Source: a virus (Duplodnaviria; Caudoviricetes). From it: 36,355 nt of DNA. Of this stretch, positions 14,293 through 24,129 are shown piece after piece. The DNA lies in IMG/VR virus record IMGVR_UViG_3300032373_000061, positions 1 to 36,355 of that record; one strand, 5' to 3'. Under the pieces are notes generated by a model. That model made no database searches, had not been told where the DNA came from, and was given only the letters and a program-made list of their open reading frames with translations. Each line of letters opens with the position of its first letter. Positions within the stretch are counted from its first letter, which is position 1. The position numbers and the translations under genes were made by a program.

Positions 14293-16344
14293 TTAGAACT
14301 GCGGCTGTCTTGGCTGCTGTTGCTGGTATTGAACCTGCTGGACCGGAACGGGCTGCTGTGCCTGCTGTGCGGCGCTGATAAATAGGTCTTGCGCCATCTT
14401 GTCGCGGCGGAAGTCGTCATCCATCGCGGCCTTTTGCACTGACAGAATGTTCTTCTGCTCGTCGCTTTGGGCCTTCTGCTGGACCTTCATTTGCTCGGCC
14501 TGCAAGAACGCCGCGTTTGGATCGCTGCCTTGCTCTTGACCCTGTGTCGCCTGCGCTTGCTGTTGCATCAACTGCGCCTCGGCCTCTGGTGACATTGGGT
14601 TCATATGGCGGTCTGCGTTGTGAATGCCGCCAAGGGACAGAATGTCGGCCTGCGTGTTGCGGATCTGGGAAAGCGTCACCAAGCCATTCTGCGGCCCGTA
14701 TTGGCCCCAGATCGTCTGCTGGAATACCTGTTGTGCTTGCAGTGCTGCGTAGCGTTCCGCCTTCTGGCCCGTTCCCAAGCCAACATTGGTGGTCACGTCC
14801 ATTTCCGCATTCCACCCAGAAGGATCGACCGGGACAAATTGCCCAGACAGGCGCATATGCTCGCCCGGTGGCACATGCTTGCGGATGGCTTTGAACATCA
14901 GCTTGAACAGGCGTTTGTATCCGCCTTCGGCCAAGTGACGCGCCATCAATTCAACGGTTGCCTGCGCGGCCTGTACCATCGCATTAGCGCCGACAACGGT
15001 CTGTGATTGCAGGGCATCGCCATCCATGCCCATGCCCGCCTTGCTGCTGCCTGTTTTGGCGTCAACGGTCTGGTCAAAGTAGGTGATGGCAGGGAGTGCC
15101 GCTGTGGCGGTGTTTGGCGTGACCAGTTCAACAAGGTCAGTTTGCGGGTTTTCGCACCCAATCAACGCGCCGTATTCGTTATTCATAAGGTCGCCAACGC
15201 CATCCTCGCCGCCGATTGCCCCCACTTTGTATAGGGTGCGCGGGTTGTTCGACATGTGGATGCCATCAATCAGGCCACGCCGCAGGGAAGTCCCCACGTC
15301 CTGATCTTCGATGATCAGATCAACCAGTGATTGCCCAAAGAATGCGTGAGCAATGGGGTCCACCTCAAACACGGCAAACGGCACATCGTCGGCCAACTCA
15401 TAGTCAAGAACCTTGTGGTCTGCACCGCCGCAAATGAACTTGTACAGCCGCGCTACGCCCGTGCCTTCAATATCCATCCGCATGTAGGCTTCTGTGAGCG
15501 TGACGGGCTTCATAGATGGATCGCCCGCGCTTTCGTCGTCGGCCAGATCCTCCACACGCTCATATTCGGCCTCTTCCTCGCCTTCGGTGCCAAGTTCCGC
15601 CACTTCTTCAAAGTCAAAGCCCATCTCCACAAGGTCAGTGACGCGCATCTCCTCGGAATGGCCCATGATGTAAAAATCATCCATTCCGGTCGCGCCGCTG
15701 TCTGTGAAGAAATGTTCGGGCGGCACGGTCTTGATTTTCAACTCGCCAGACTTGTTGGTGCGAGAGATTTTCATATCATGCAGCGTGATCGGAATTGGGC
15801 CTTGCGGGGCGTCAATCATGCCCTCGACTGGGGAATGCTCCAGAACCTCAATGCCCTCGCCCTGCAAGTGCATCTGGGCTTCTTCAATCGTCAGGTTTGA
15901 GTATTCGTCAATCTCAACGGTTTCGCTTTCGTCCCAGTAGACCTTGGCAATACCCGTCTTTGACACCAACGCATCCCGAAACACGCTTGAAAGCAGTTGA
16001 AAGCCGCCGCTCTGGTCAAACTTCCAAGCCGCGTAATCTGTCGCCTGCTCTGCCCCTGCAACGTCCTCTGGCCCCTTCGGGATAAACTCCGCTGGCTTTT
16101 CAGACTGCAAGAAGATCCGCATTAGGACAGGCTCAACCGCCCGCACTGCATCGCGGCACTTGGTATCGACAACCTTTGAACGATCCTCCTCAAACGAAAG
16201 ATCAGTCTCGCCCTTGAAATACCGCATCGCTTTGAGCCGTTCTGTCTCAATGTCGCCCGAAACGTGGTTTTTGGCCGAAGTGATGGCCCGTTTCACAATC
16301 GCATTGACCTGATCGTCTGTTTTTTTTGTGCTTTTCGTGGCCAT
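14293..16344 (-). CDS. Portal protein (P22-like)
   Basis: 683 aa; 'RSKVVD','FIPKGPEDV..AEQATDY','DAL..KTGI.KVYWD','NVGLGTG'; Gln-rich C-terminal barrel. Confidence 0.92.
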   Translation of the reverse strand: MATKSTKKTDDQVNAIVKRAITSAKNHVSGDIETERLKAMRYFKGETDLSFEEDRSKVVDTKCRDAVRAVEPVLMRIFLQSEKPAEFIPKGPEDVAGAEQATDYAAWKFDQSGGFQLLSSVFRDALVSKTGIAKVYWDESETVEIDEYSNLTIEEAQMHLQGEGIEVLEHSPVEGMIDAPQGPIPITLHDMKISRTNKSGELKIKTVPPEHFFTDSGATGMDDFYIMGHSEEMRVTDLVEMGFDFEEVAELGTEGEEEAEYERVEDLADDESAGDPSMKPVTLTEAYMRMDIEGTGVARLYKFICGGADHKVLDYELADDVPFAVFEVDPIAHAFFGQSLVDLIIEDQDVGTSLRRGLIDGIHMSNNPRTLYKVGAIGGEDGVGDLMNNEYGALIGCENPQTDLVELVTPNTATAALPAITYFDQTVDAKTGSSKAGMGMDGDALQSQTVVGANAMVQAAQATVELMARHLAEGGYKRLFKLMFKAIRKHVPPGEHMRLSGQFVPVDPSGWNAEMDVTTNVGLGTGQKAERYAALQAQQVFQQTIWGQYGPQNGLVTLSQIRNTQADILSLGGIHNADRHMNPMSPEAEAQLMQQQAQATQGQEQGSDPNAAFLQAEQMKVQQKAQSDEQKNILSVQKAAMDDDFRRDKMAQDLFISAAQQAQQPVPVQQVQYQQQQPRQPQF

Positions 16345-16353
16345 GGTGGCTCC

Positions 16354-16380
16354 AATAAAAAAACCACCCCGAAGGATGGC
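16354..16380 (-). terminator. Intrinsic terminator with UUCG loop immediately upstream of the portal RBS
   Basis: GCCATCC-TTCG-GGGTGGT-TTTTTTATT on the minus strand. Confidence 0.85.
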
Positions 16381-16415
16381 TTGATTTAGGCGGCGTGAAT
16401 CGCCATTATTCGCGG

Positions 16416-16619
16416 ATGAATGAAAACCTAGAACGCGCCCTAACGCGGTGGCTGTATCGCTACTGGCCCCATTACGGGCTGGTGTCTCTGCTGTATTTTG
16501 TCGGGTTCATTCTGATCTATGCAGACCGAATAATTGAATTTGCGGGGCTGTGGACGCTTGGTTTCATTGCGTCATGGGTTGGCCTTATTGCAGCCCTTTT
16601 AGCCCGCTCTGATGAGTAG
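16416..16619 (+). CDS. Antisense-oriented 2-TM membrane moron, superinfection-exclusion candidate
   Basis: Two hydrophobic helices; TTGATT-17 bp-CATTAT-6 nt-ATG (16381-16418) suggests its own leaderless transcript. Confidence 0.6.
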   Translation: MNENLERALTRWLYRYWPHYGLVSLLYFVGFILIYADRIIEFAGLWTLGFIASWVGLIAALLARSDE

Positions 16620-18786
16620 CAACGCCAGCGCCAAGCAAAACCTGATTGGCGATTAGCTTAACTTGCTGCTCGGTTAGGGCGTTCCCGTTGATTGCATCGT
16701 TCACGTATTTCAAAGCCGCCTCTGCGGTCTTGTTGCCTTTGCGCTCAGTCAAAACCTGTGCCACCTCGGACCAGATACCTTGTTGCCGTGCCGCGTCATC
16801 CCCCGGCGTTGTCGCCATAAGGGTTTGCACTAAAGATTCCGTGGCGTTGAGTGGCTTACCTCGCGCAAGGGTTCCAAGCATACCCGGCGCGGTAATGTCG
16901 TCAACCTGCCCTTGGATAGCGCCGCGCACCGCTGTTTTGCTGTTCTGCGCGACACTTGCCACCATGTTTTGAGTGGCTATAGCCTTGTCCAATTCGGGCA
17001 TTACTTTTGCAAATTCAGAAGGGCCAAGAAGGGCTTTCAGCTTGTACTTTGCATTGTCGCTGGTCAGCATCCGCAAAGCCTGCATGGCCTGCCTGCTTTC
17101 CATTGCATCGGGGTTTGAGGCAATCATTTTGACCGCGCCCAGCGTTTCGTCAATGTGGCTACGCAATCCAACCTTAACCATCTGCCGTGCATCTGCGGAC
17201 ATTCCCGCCAGTTGCTCGGATACCATTTCGCGGGTTGTCTTGTTCGTATCCCGCAACATGTTCAGGCCAAGTTCTAGCCCTTTGTCCATTTCAATCTTAT
17301 CACCACCCAGCTTCACCGCCGCCGCGTATGGGCTTTGATCCCCGCCTGTCGCCTTGATTGTGGCGTCACGCACAGCCCGCGCCTGATCTGCGGCCAAACC
17401 ACCATCCGTTGCCCGCCCGAACTGATCGCGCCCTGTTTGGTCAAGTTGATTGAGGGCTTTCTTCAATTCATCCAACTGGCGAACACCGGGCATCTGTCGG
17501 AAAGATACGCTGCCATCGTCGGCAAGGTCAGCAAGGATCTGCGCCTGCCCGCCATCCCACCGCAGCCGCTCATTGGCGATTTTGGTTGCCGCTTGCAGTT
17601 TTTCAGGCGCAATTCGGCCTAGCAGGCTTTCTACGTCGCGCCCTTCTGGCGTTGCATAATCAATCGCGGTGTTGAATGCGGTGTCATACGCCTCTTTCCT
17701 AGCAGGCGCAGAAGCCGACGAAACAGCCTTGGCCGCTGCCCGTGGCCCCTGCGGTGCGCCCAGTGTGTCGTCAAGCGCCCCAGCCAAAGATGGCAAAGAG
17801 CGGTTAGCGCGGGCGTTTACAGCGCCCTCAACTATGTTCAGGGGGTTGCCCCCGGTTTGCGCCGCCGCGTCAATGAGTGCCCTCCCTGAACGCCCTGCAT
17901 CGGCAAGCGTAGCCTCATCACCCGCCCGCAAGATATTATCAATGGCGTTTGTGTCGTTATTCTCAAACGCGGTCTTGAGAACCCGCGCGGCGTCCCGTGA
18001 TACACCGAACTTTTCGGCAATTATGCCCACATCTTCGCCTTTGTATCGCCGGATCAGCCCTTGAACAAAGTCGCCAGCTAGTGGCACAGCCGCGCCCAAT
18101 ACGCCGCCCGCAACACCACCAAAAATACCTTGCTGGATAGCGTTCTGCCTGCGCTCATCGCCCGTGCCTTCGCCAGAGCCGTAAACAGCCCCCTCACCAG
18201 CCCCACCCAATGCGCCGAACAGACCGCCCATAACGGCCTTGGCTGCTGGTGCTTTGGGTGCCGCCGCCATTACAGCGGGCGCACCCGCCACAGCGATTGG
18301 CGCAGCCGTTGCCAGTGCGCCTGCCATGTTCAACGCCCCGGTTTGCACGGGATGCTCACGCTGCATTGCGCCTGTGGTTGTCCGCATCGCGTCCCGTGCT
18401 TTTGGCGAAAACGCCCCCACCGCCTCATCAGCGTATGATCCAACAAACGGCGTCCCGCGCACAAATTCATTCGCCCGCGCTGCAATTGGGTGTTGCGCGA
18501 TTGTTTGCTGGTCAAACCCAGATTGCACAACATCTTTGATGCCCGCACCATCCATCAACCGCTTGACTGTTTCGGGGTCGCTTGTGGAGTATCCCAGCGA
18601 TGCAAAGGAGACCGCGCCGCTTTCAGACTTCACAAACCGCCCGCCATCAGGTGTGGTGCCAATCACGTTTTCTTGACGCTGCTGCCCGCCCATCGCCCGC
18701 TGGAAAGCCGCAATAGCCCCGGCCTCAGTTGGGCCAGAAACCTTGAACTTTTCGCCGCTTGGGCCTGTGAAGATAAAATCTGCCAT
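16585..18786 (-). CDS. Large ejection/internal virion protein
   Basis: 733 aa, helical, Gly/Ala-rich hydrophobic segments; last gene of the ejection cluster. Confidence 0.75.
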   Translation of the reverse strand: MADFIFTGPSGEKFKVSGPTEAGAIAAFQRAMGGQQRQENVIGTTPDGGRFVKSESGAVSFASLGYSTSDPETVKRLMDGAGIKDVVQSGFDQQTIAQHPIAARANEFVRGTPFVGSYADEAVGAFSPKARDAMRTTTGAMQREHPVQTGALNMAGALATAAPIAVAGAPAVMAAAPKAPAAKAVMGGLFGALGGAGEGAVYGSGEGTGDERRQNAIQQGIFGGVAGGVLGAAVPLAGDFVQGLIRRYKGEDVGIIAEKFGVSRDAARVLKTAFENNDTNAIDNILRAGDEATLADAGRSGRALIDAAAQTGGNPLNIVEGAVNARANRSLPSLAGALDDTLGAPQGPRAAAKAVSSASAPARKEAYDTAFNTAIDYATPEGRDVESLLGRIAPEKLQAATKIANERLRWDGGQAQILADLADDGSVSFRQMPGVRQLDELKKALNQLDQTGRDQFGRATDGGLAADQARAVRDATIKATGGDQSPYAAAVKLGGDKIEMDKGLELGLNMLRDTNKTTREMVSEQLAGMSADARQMVKVGLRSHIDETLGAVKMIASNPDAMESRQAMQALRMLTSDNAKYKLKALLGPSEFAKVMPELDKAIATQNMVASVAQNSKTAVRGAIQGQVDDITAPGMLGTLARGKPLNATESLVQTLMATTPGDDAARQQGIWSEVAQVLTERKGNKTAEAALKYVNDAINGNALTEQQVKLIANQVLLGAGVATHQSGLKGLQ

Positions 18787-20336
18787 TAGTCAACCCGCTG
18801 GATGGTGTAGCTTGTGCCGTTAATGTCGATATTGTTGACGCTGGGGGCATCGGATTGGATTGTCCCGCCCGTGCGCTCCCGCTCCATGCCAAGCTGCAGC
18901 AAGCCTTTCAATTCTGTGAGGGCGTTGCGATAATCCTCTGGGCTTTGCGAAGCATCCAATCGGCCAATGGCTTGCGTTGCTTTCTGGCCTTCAATCTCGG
19001 TAATGTGACCGCCACCCTTGAGGCTTTCAAACGCCTGCAAGAATGCTTGCCCGTCAAGCTGCTTGACCCGCGCCCCAAACCTTTTGGCTGCCGTGCCTGG
19101 AATGTTCTGCGTCCACTCTAAAAAGCCCGTCGCAAAATCCAACGCCGGATCATTCAAGATGCCATCAATGCTTGAAACCATAGCTGGAACCGATGATGGG
19201 TTTGTAACGTCCTGCGGCTTGCCCACGTTGCCTTGGGTGAACTGGATCTGACCGTCCTTACCCACAGTCAGGGAAATTCCTTTAGACGCGCCGCCGTTAA
19301 TCATAAATTGTTGATATTCAGGGGTGCCGCGTTGCAGGCCCGCCATCTGCGCCCGCTGATCCAATGACTGCACCGCCGTCGTCATTTCGCTGTTGTTGTC
19401 GCGGTAGTCGCCCATCTGTTCGCCCGTCTGCGGGTTTATAAGTTGGTTGTTGATCTCAACACCCTTGACAGGTGCTTGCCCCGCGCTTGCCTTCTGCCAC
19501 ATCTGCAAAGCCGCCGCTGCTGGCAAAGCACCGCTTGCGATGGCCTGTGCGTATTGTTCGCCGCCCGGTTGGGTCATCAGCCATTCCGCCGTGCGGTTGC
19601 GCTGCTCTGCGCCTTTGGCCTCTGCTTTAGCCTCACGCCCCGCTGTGGCGCGGTCCTGCATGTTCTGCTGCGCCATCCCCATAAGCCCTTGGTTCGGGTT
19701 CATGGTCATACCCTGCATTGCCATAATCAGCCGATCACGGGTTGCGGGGTCCATGTTTTTCAAGAACATGTGTTGCCGTTGCTGCTGTTCTGGCTGCATT
19801 TGCGCCCCCTGTAGAGTGTCTGGCGGTGAAGACGGAGTGAGTGAAAGACCGCCAACTGCGGTGTTAGTGTCGCCACCGCCCGCGACATTGTGCTTGTGGT
19901 TCGGGTGGCCGTGGTACGCTTCGCTAAGCCAATCTGGGGCGTTTGCGCCCCTACCGCCCGCGCCCCAAACCGCATCATTTCCGAAACCGATGTGCATTGA
20001 GCCTTGCTGCATATACCCATCGCCCGCCCCGAAACCCGTCACGCCGTTGGCTCTGGCCTTCTGAACAATGCTTTGAAAGATTGGCACATCATTAGGGTTG
20101 CCCCAATCCAGCTTGCGCCCATCTTTGTGAAAGAAAACATCAGCAGCGTTGCCGTGGTCGTGGCGCGTTGACCCAGTGCGCGGCCCGCCCGATCCTTTCG
20201 GTGCCTGCCCGCCTGAAAAGACTTCCATTTGCACCCCCATTTCGGGGAGAAACGAAAGCGCGTCCAGAAGCCCGCCAGAGATAGGCTTGCTGCGAATTGC
20301 GCCTTGGTTGTTGTATCGGAGCCAATCGGGAGTCAT
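18786..20336 (-). CDS. Ejection protein with N-terminal M15-like peptidoglycan peptidase domain
   Basis: 'VFSGGQ…GSTRHDHGNAADV…MHIG' (HxxxxxxD…H zinc motif). Confidence 0.75.
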   Translation of the reverse strand: MTPDWLRYNNQGAIRSKPISGGLLDALSFLPEMGVQMEVFSGGQAPKGSGGPRTGSTRHDHGNAADVFFHKDGRKLDWGNPNDVPIFQSIVQKARANGVTGFGAGDGYMQQGSMHIGFGNDAVWGAGGRGANAPDWLSEAYHGHPNHKHNVAGGGDTNTAVGGLSLTPSSPPDTLQGAQMQPEQQQRQHMFLKNMDPATRDRLIMAMQGMTMNPNQGLMGMAQQNMQDRATAGREAKAEAKGAEQRNRTAEWLMTQPGGEQYAQAIASGALPAAAALQMWQKASAGQAPVKGVEINNQLINPQTGEQMGDYRDNNSEMTTAVQSLDQRAQMAGLQRGTPEYQQFMINGGASKGISLTVGKDGQIQFTQGNVGKPQDVTNPSSVPAMVSSIDGILNDPALDFATGFLEWTQNIPGTAAKRFGARVKQLDGQAFLQAFESLKGGGHITEIEGQKATQAIGRLDASQSPEDYRNALTELKGLLQLGMERERTGGTIQSDAPSVNNIDINGTSYTIQRVD

Positions 20337-20338
20337 GA

Positions 20339-22795
20339 TTAAGCCGCCAAGAGCAGGGACGCGAAGTCAAACAGACCCGGTGACTTGCTCGACGTGGTTG
20401 TCCCGCCACCACCCGGCATACCGCCAAGGATGGCCGACAACTGCGCCAAGGCGTCATCAGGTGCGCCCGTAAAGCCATCGTATTGGCCCTTGATGGCGTT
20501 AATAACCTGCTGCTGAATATCGCGGGTGGTCTGGCCCTGCTGCTGCTGCTGGCTGGTGATGCTGTTGCCCATGCCGAAGCCAAGGTTTGACAGGTTGCCC
20601 AGTGCGCCCGCACCCGAAAGTGCATTGTTGAACTGGTTCTGGTTGAACGTGTTTTGTGCGCCCGCGTTGTATTGACCCGCCTGATTGGCTGCGGTCAGGT
20701 TTTGCGAGTTCAGAGCATTTGCCGATGCCGCATTGTTGCCCGATACGCCTGTCATGGCGTTGGCATTGAACTGGCCTGCGGTGTTCTGTGCGCCTTGGTT
20801 GGCGGCACCAGCCTGCTGCGCGAGATTAGCATTAAACTGGCTGTTCTGCATGTTCTGGGCTTGGCCCGTCATGTTGTTGCCTGCGTTGTACTGGCCCATG
20901 TTGTTTTGCGCTGATGCGTTGAACTGGCTCGCGCCTTGCTGGTTTCCTGCATTGAACTGGTTGTTCTGCATATTCGCCAACATGCCCTGAATGGTGTTGC
21001 CCGCGTTCTGAAACCCTGCGTTTTGCTGCTGTTGGGCGTTGAATTGGCTTGCGCCCTGCTGATTGCCCGCATTGAACTGAGAAGCGTTATTCAGAAACCC
21101 AAGGTTTCCGCTTGTCATGGCGTTCTGCTGGCCCGCGTTGAATTGGCCCGCCGTGTTGAGCGATGCCATGTTCGCAAGCCCAAACTGGTTGCCCGCCGCT
21201 GCGTTTGTGGCTGCTGCGGTGTTATCGGCCCCGAATTGGTTCTGTGTGAACTGGTTCTGTGCGCCCGCATTCGCTGCATTTGCGCCTGTGCCAAGCTGTG
21301 CGTTTAGGCTGTTCGCCGCATTGGCCGCGCCCGCCGCAAACTGATTGCCCGCTTGCGTAAAGCCCGCGTTGTTCGCATTGACCGCGTTTGTCGCATTGGC
21401 GTTTTGTGAGCCTGCCTGTTGTGCAAAGGAGGCGTTCTGGCCTGCCCGTGCCGCGTCCTGCGCCGCGTTGCTGGTGCTAACGCCCGTTCCCAACTGTGCG
21501 TTGAGGGCCGATGCTGAGTTGTTTGCCGCCGCGCCGAATTGGCCCGCCTGCTGGGAAAGATTCGCTTGGGAAAGGGCGCGATTGTTCTGCGCCGCTGCAT
21601 TCCACTGGTTTGCCGTGTTTGACGCATTCTGATCCGCCGCACCCACTTGCAGGGCCGCGTTCTGGTTGCTGGTCTGGCCGGACAAATCGCGGTTCAGGTC
21701 GTTTGTTGCTGTGCCAAGGGCTGTCTTGAAATTATCTTGATACAGATCCGCAGTCATCCGCGCCAAGGCATCGCCATGGTTCCGGTTGGCTTCGCCCTCA
21801 ACAATCCCGTGACGCGATCCGCCAAAGGCTTTCGCCGCTGTCGCCTGCGCCCCAACATCATTGAGCGTCATTTGGTGATTGCGGTTCATTTCCCGCGTTG
21901 TGCTGTCGATCACGTTCTGCGTGTAGGGGTTCATATACGGGTCAAGGTTGGTGCGTGACACCTGCCCCGCGTTGACGTTCCGCAAGTTGCCCTTGTCAAA
22001 GTTGGTCGCGGAGTAACCTGACGCGGGATCAATCTGCGCAGCGTTGAAGCCTTGCGCCGTGGCCTGCTGGGCTGTCGCGCCGGGTGTCTGCGCTACCTGC
22101 GCCGCGTTCATCTGGGCCGCTGGTGCCTGCTGTGCCGCATTAAAGCCCTGCGATGTGGCTTGTTGAGCGCCATAGGTGGCCGCTGGGCCAAGGTTGCCAG
22201 CTTGATAGGTGTTCGCCTGCCCCGTAGCCGCGTCATAGCCCGCTGCGGTGCCTGTCGTGGCGTTCATCTGCGCCGCGTTCATAGTGGACGCATTGACTTG
22301 CGGAATATTGCCAAGCCCCTGCGATGTGGCGGCGTTCATCTGCGCCGTCCCAACCGTGGGGGCGTTGATTTGGGCGTTTGAACCCTGCGCGTTCATCATG
22401 GCAGGATTGTAGGTCGTGGCCTGCTGCTGCGCTGCCTGATTGCCAAAGACGGGGTTATAGGTTGCCGCCTGCCCCTGTGCGTTCTGCGCCAAGGCACCGT
22501 TCACCGCGCCCAATGCGCCGGAGTATGCGGATGCGGATTGGTCATAGATGTTGGCTGGTGGAGGCGCATATCCGTTAGCACCACCACCTGACATAAGCGC
22601 TCGTTGTTCGGCGGTCATCTGGGGGCCAGCCATGGGGTTGCCAGTGGGTTGCCCACCACCGTTTTGCGGCCCACCGCCAGACATGGCGCTATACAGTTGC
22701 TCTCGCGTCAAGGAGTAACGGTTATTCGCGATCCCTTGTTGCGGGGTCATGCCGTTCGGCTGCGCAACCTGCGCAGGATTGTTTTGACCAGCCAT
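20339..22795 (-). CDS. Asn/Gln/Ala-rich ejection (DNA pilot-like) protein with 11-aa repeats
   Basis: Conserved core 'YMNPYTQNVID…AFGGSRHGIVE'; repeated Q(F/Y)NA. Confidence 0.8.
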   Translation of the reverse strand: MAGQNNPAQVAQPNGMTPQQGIANNRYSLTREQLYSAMSGGGPQNGGGQPTGNPMAGPQMTAEQRALMSGGGANGYAPPPANIYDQSASAYSGALGAVNGALAQNAQGQAATYNPVFGNQAAQQQATTYNPAMMNAQGSNAQINAPTVGTAQMNAATSQGLGNIPQVNASTMNAAQMNATTGTAAGYDAATGQANTYQAGNLGPAATYGAQQATSQGFNAAQQAPAAQMNAAQVAQTPGATAQQATAQGFNAAQIDPASGYSATNFDKGNLRNVNAGQVSRTNLDPYMNPYTQNVIDSTTREMNRNHQMTLNDVGAQATAAKAFGGSRHGIVEGEANRNHGDALARMTADLYQDNFKTALGTATNDLNRDLSGQTSNQNAALQVGAADQNASNTANQWNAAAQNNRALSQANLSQQAGQFGAAANNSASALNAQLGTGVSTSNAAQDAARAGQNASFAQQAGSQNANATNAVNANNAGFTQAGNQFAAGAANAANSLNAQLGTGANAANAGAQNQFTQNQFGADNTAAATNAAAGNQFGLANMASLNTAGQFNAGQQNAMTSGNLGFLNNASQFNAGNQQGASQFNAQQQQNAGFQNAGNTIQGMLANMQNNQFNAGNQQGASQFNASAQNNMGQYNAGNNMTGQAQNMQNSQFNANLAQQAGAANQGAQNTAGQFNANAMTGVSGNNAASANALNSQNLTAANQAGQYNAGAQNTFNQNQFNNALSGAGALGNLSNLGFGMGNSITSQQQQQGQTTRDIQQQVINAIKGQYDGFTGAPDDALAQLSAILGGMPGGGGTTTSSKSPGLFDFASLLLAA

Positions 22796-22807
22796 AATTC
22801 TAACTCC

Positions 22808-23605
22808 TTACCAGCGTTCCGAGGGACCGCCGAAAAACCCGACTGCGTTGCCCACCGCGTCACCGATACCGCTGAATGCGTCACCAAACCCGCCGAAACT
22901 GGCCTGCTGCCCGTTGCCTGTCGGATCTGCGTTACCTGCAAAATCCGGCATGAATGCGTTGCTGTTCAAAAGCCCCTGCTGCGCCGCCTGCTGCTGGGCT
23001 TGGACGTTCTGTTGGTATTGCGACTGCTCACCCGTTTGCGGGTTTAGAAACATCGCCATAAGTGCGTCATGTTGGCCGGGGCGGCGCTGTTTCAGTTCAT
23101 TGACCGCATTGTCAAAGCCTGCGCCCGACGAATAACCGCGAATGCCGTTTGTTGTTCCCGGCATGGCCAAGCCCGTGAGCGGATCAACCCGCGTTCCCGC
23201 CGCGAAGTCATTGGCAAAGGTCTCTGGGTTGTAGTTCTGCATCCAGAAGTCAAAGCCCGCCGCGTCAGGGTCGCGCCCAAGCTGGTTTTTGTATGCGTTG
23301 TTGATCGCCGTTGCCGCGTCTGCGTTCTGGTACTGTGAAGGGTCAACCGGAGCCGTGGTGCCGTTGACCTGCGCCAGTGGATCAGCCTGCGGGGTGTACA
23401 TGCCGAACGCGCTTGCCGCATTTGACGTGTTGCGCATGGCCGCTTCCTCAAGCGGTGACAGCGCCGCAACATCCGGCCCGTAATAGGGCGTGTACCCGAT
23501 TTCACTTGCCGCGTTGCTCTTGGCCAGAACCTCTTTGCTCTGATCCTCAAGATACTGCGGGATTTTTGTTTCGCTGGTCTGCGAACCGCCTAGAAGTTTG
23601 CTCAT
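22808..23605 (-). CDS. Ejection/internal virion protein with a DUF4214-like insert
   Basis: Start reassigned to ATG 23605 ('MSKLLGGSQTSETKIP'); 'YTPYYGPDVAAL'; insert 'INNAYKNQLGRDPDAAGFDFWM'. Confidence 0.7.
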   Translation of the reverse strand: MSKLLGGSQTSETKIPQYLEDQSKEVLAKSNAASEIGYTPYYGPDVAALSPLEEAAMRNTSNAASAFGMYTPQADPLAQVNGTTAPVDPSQYQNADAATAINNAYKNQLGRDPDAAGFDFWMQNYNPETFANDFAAGTRVDPLTGLAMPGTTNGIRGYSSGAGFDNAVNELKQRRPGQHDALMAMFLNPQTGEQSQYQQNVQAQQQAAQQGLLNSNAFMPDFAGNADPTGNGQQASFGGFGDAFSGIGDAVGNAVGFFGGPSERW

Positions 23606-23606
23606 T

Positions 23607-23972
23607 TCAAATGTCCTTTTCCAGAACGGTTGCCTGCTCATGCCAGCCGTGCTTTTTGAACGCGCGAACCCAGCCGCGTCGCCCTATGATCCGCGCACCC
23701 GTGCAGCCCTGTTGTTTCGCCCAAGCGATTACGTCAGAGTGCATGTCTGCGAGTTGGTCCAGTTCACCGCCGCCTAGAAAGACGCTGATGACCTTCTTTT
23801 GTGGAAACTCCACGATTTCAGTTACCAGACACCCTTTCGGGGCTGGCCAAAGTTGCATCTTTCCGGCCTCGATGCCCGCTGCAACGTCCTCAAATGCGCA
23901 TTCACCGCCGTTATAGGCCAGTGCTGCCTCAATCCACGGCTTACACCGCTGTAGTTGAGAGTGCGCCTGCAT
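23607..23972 (-). CDS. GNAT-like protein of podovirus tail/ejection modules
   Basis: 'AWAKQQGC…GRRGW.R…GW'; SD GAGG. Confidence 0.7.
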   Translation of the reverse strand: MQAHSQLQRCKPWIEAALAYNGGECAFEDVAAGIEAGKMQLWPAPKGCLVTEIVEFPQKKVISVFLGGGELDQLADMHSDVIAWAKQQGCTGARIIGRRGWVRAFKKHGWHEQATVLEKDI

Positions 23973-24129
23973 TGTCTACCTCAACCGAATATTTGGTTCC
24001 GTCTGGGCTGGTGATAATCAGCTTGCCCGGCGACACGTAAATATCGCGGTCTTTCTTGTGGTTCTGCTTGTCAGCCTGCTCGATTTGACGCCGATCATTG
24101 TGCGGAATGCCGTTAACGCTCAGTCTCAT
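23941..24129 (-). CDS. Small tail-associated protein
   Basis: 'LIITSPDGTKYSVEVDNAGALST'; start reassigned to ATG 24129 (ATGA overlap). Confidence 0.6.
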   Translation of the reverse strand: MRLSVNGIPHNDRRQIEQADKQNHKKDRDIYVSPGKLIITSPDGTKYSVEVDNAGALSTTAV

